DNA of 64,000 nucleotides from Corallococcus sp. bb12-1 (GTDB lineage Bacteria; Myxococcota; Myxococcia; Myxococcales; Myxococcaceae): NCBI RefSeq assembly GCF_026626765.1, contig NZ_JAPNJZ010000012.1, positions 141,012 to 205,011 of the forward strand, read 5' to 3'. Shown piece by piece: positions 63,871 to 64,000 of this stretch (position 1 is its first letter; each line of letters starts with the position of its first letter). The notes under the pieces were generated by a model. It saw only the letters and a program-made list of their open reading frames with translations, ran no database searches and was not told where the DNA came from. The position numbers and the translations under genes were made by a program.

Positions 63871-64000
63871 AGTGCTTCCTGTGAGCCCGGCGGCCTTCGT
63901 CCTCCACGACGGCCGTCGCCACCTTCTCCGCCGACTCCCGCAGTTCCTCATCGGGCGGCGAGTGCCAGGACTCAAAAGCAAACAGCTTGTTCATCAGCTT
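63871..64000 (-). CDS. C-terminal end of a hypothetical protein whose start lies beyond the window
   Basis: The minus-strand frame is open to the window edge (...KLMNKLFAFESWHSPPDEELRESAEKVATAVVEDEGRRAHRKH*). Confidence 0.25.

Overview
This 64 kb window is high-GC (~69%) and looks like chromosomal DNA from a Myxococcales genome. The order call rests on Myxococcus-like codon bias and a MYXO-CTERM sorting signal on one secreted protease. Genes are densely packed on both strands.

Housekeeping genes include polA, a partial CpaF/TadA-type pilus ATPase, an FHA-domain protein, DivIVA, a DUF167 (YggU-like) protein, the penicillin-binding-protein-4 carboxypeptidase, prolyl oligopeptidase, aminopeptidase N, Hsp20, PhzF and an M20 amidohydrolase.

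Accessory content includes:
- a bacterial major vault protein (MVP) homologue, followed by a translationally coupled lipoprotein and a MYXO-CTERM metalloprotease;
- a Macro-like/NDT-like two-domain protein next to a signal-less astacin-family protease at a low-GC boundary;
- an orphan MbtH-like gene beside an atypical LuxR-type regulator;
- two tandem Kelch/Ig-like lipoprotein paralogues that share a duplicated upstream element;
- a phenylalanine-hydroxylase-like gene with a long C-terminal extension;
- a P450 – ABM monooxygenase – secreted Cys-repeat protein operon under a divergent ArsR regulator;
- a low-GC islet holding an IS630-family transposase remnant, a frameshifted lipoprotein gene, a GNAT pair, and tandem Cys-rich mini-protein modules offset by one reading frame;
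- a low-GC lipase-like gene that looks foreign.

I found no rRNA, tRNA or CRISPR array. Many long ORFs on the opposite strand of real genes are GC-driven artefacts and were rejected. Every similarity call is from reading motifs by eye; none has been checked against a database.
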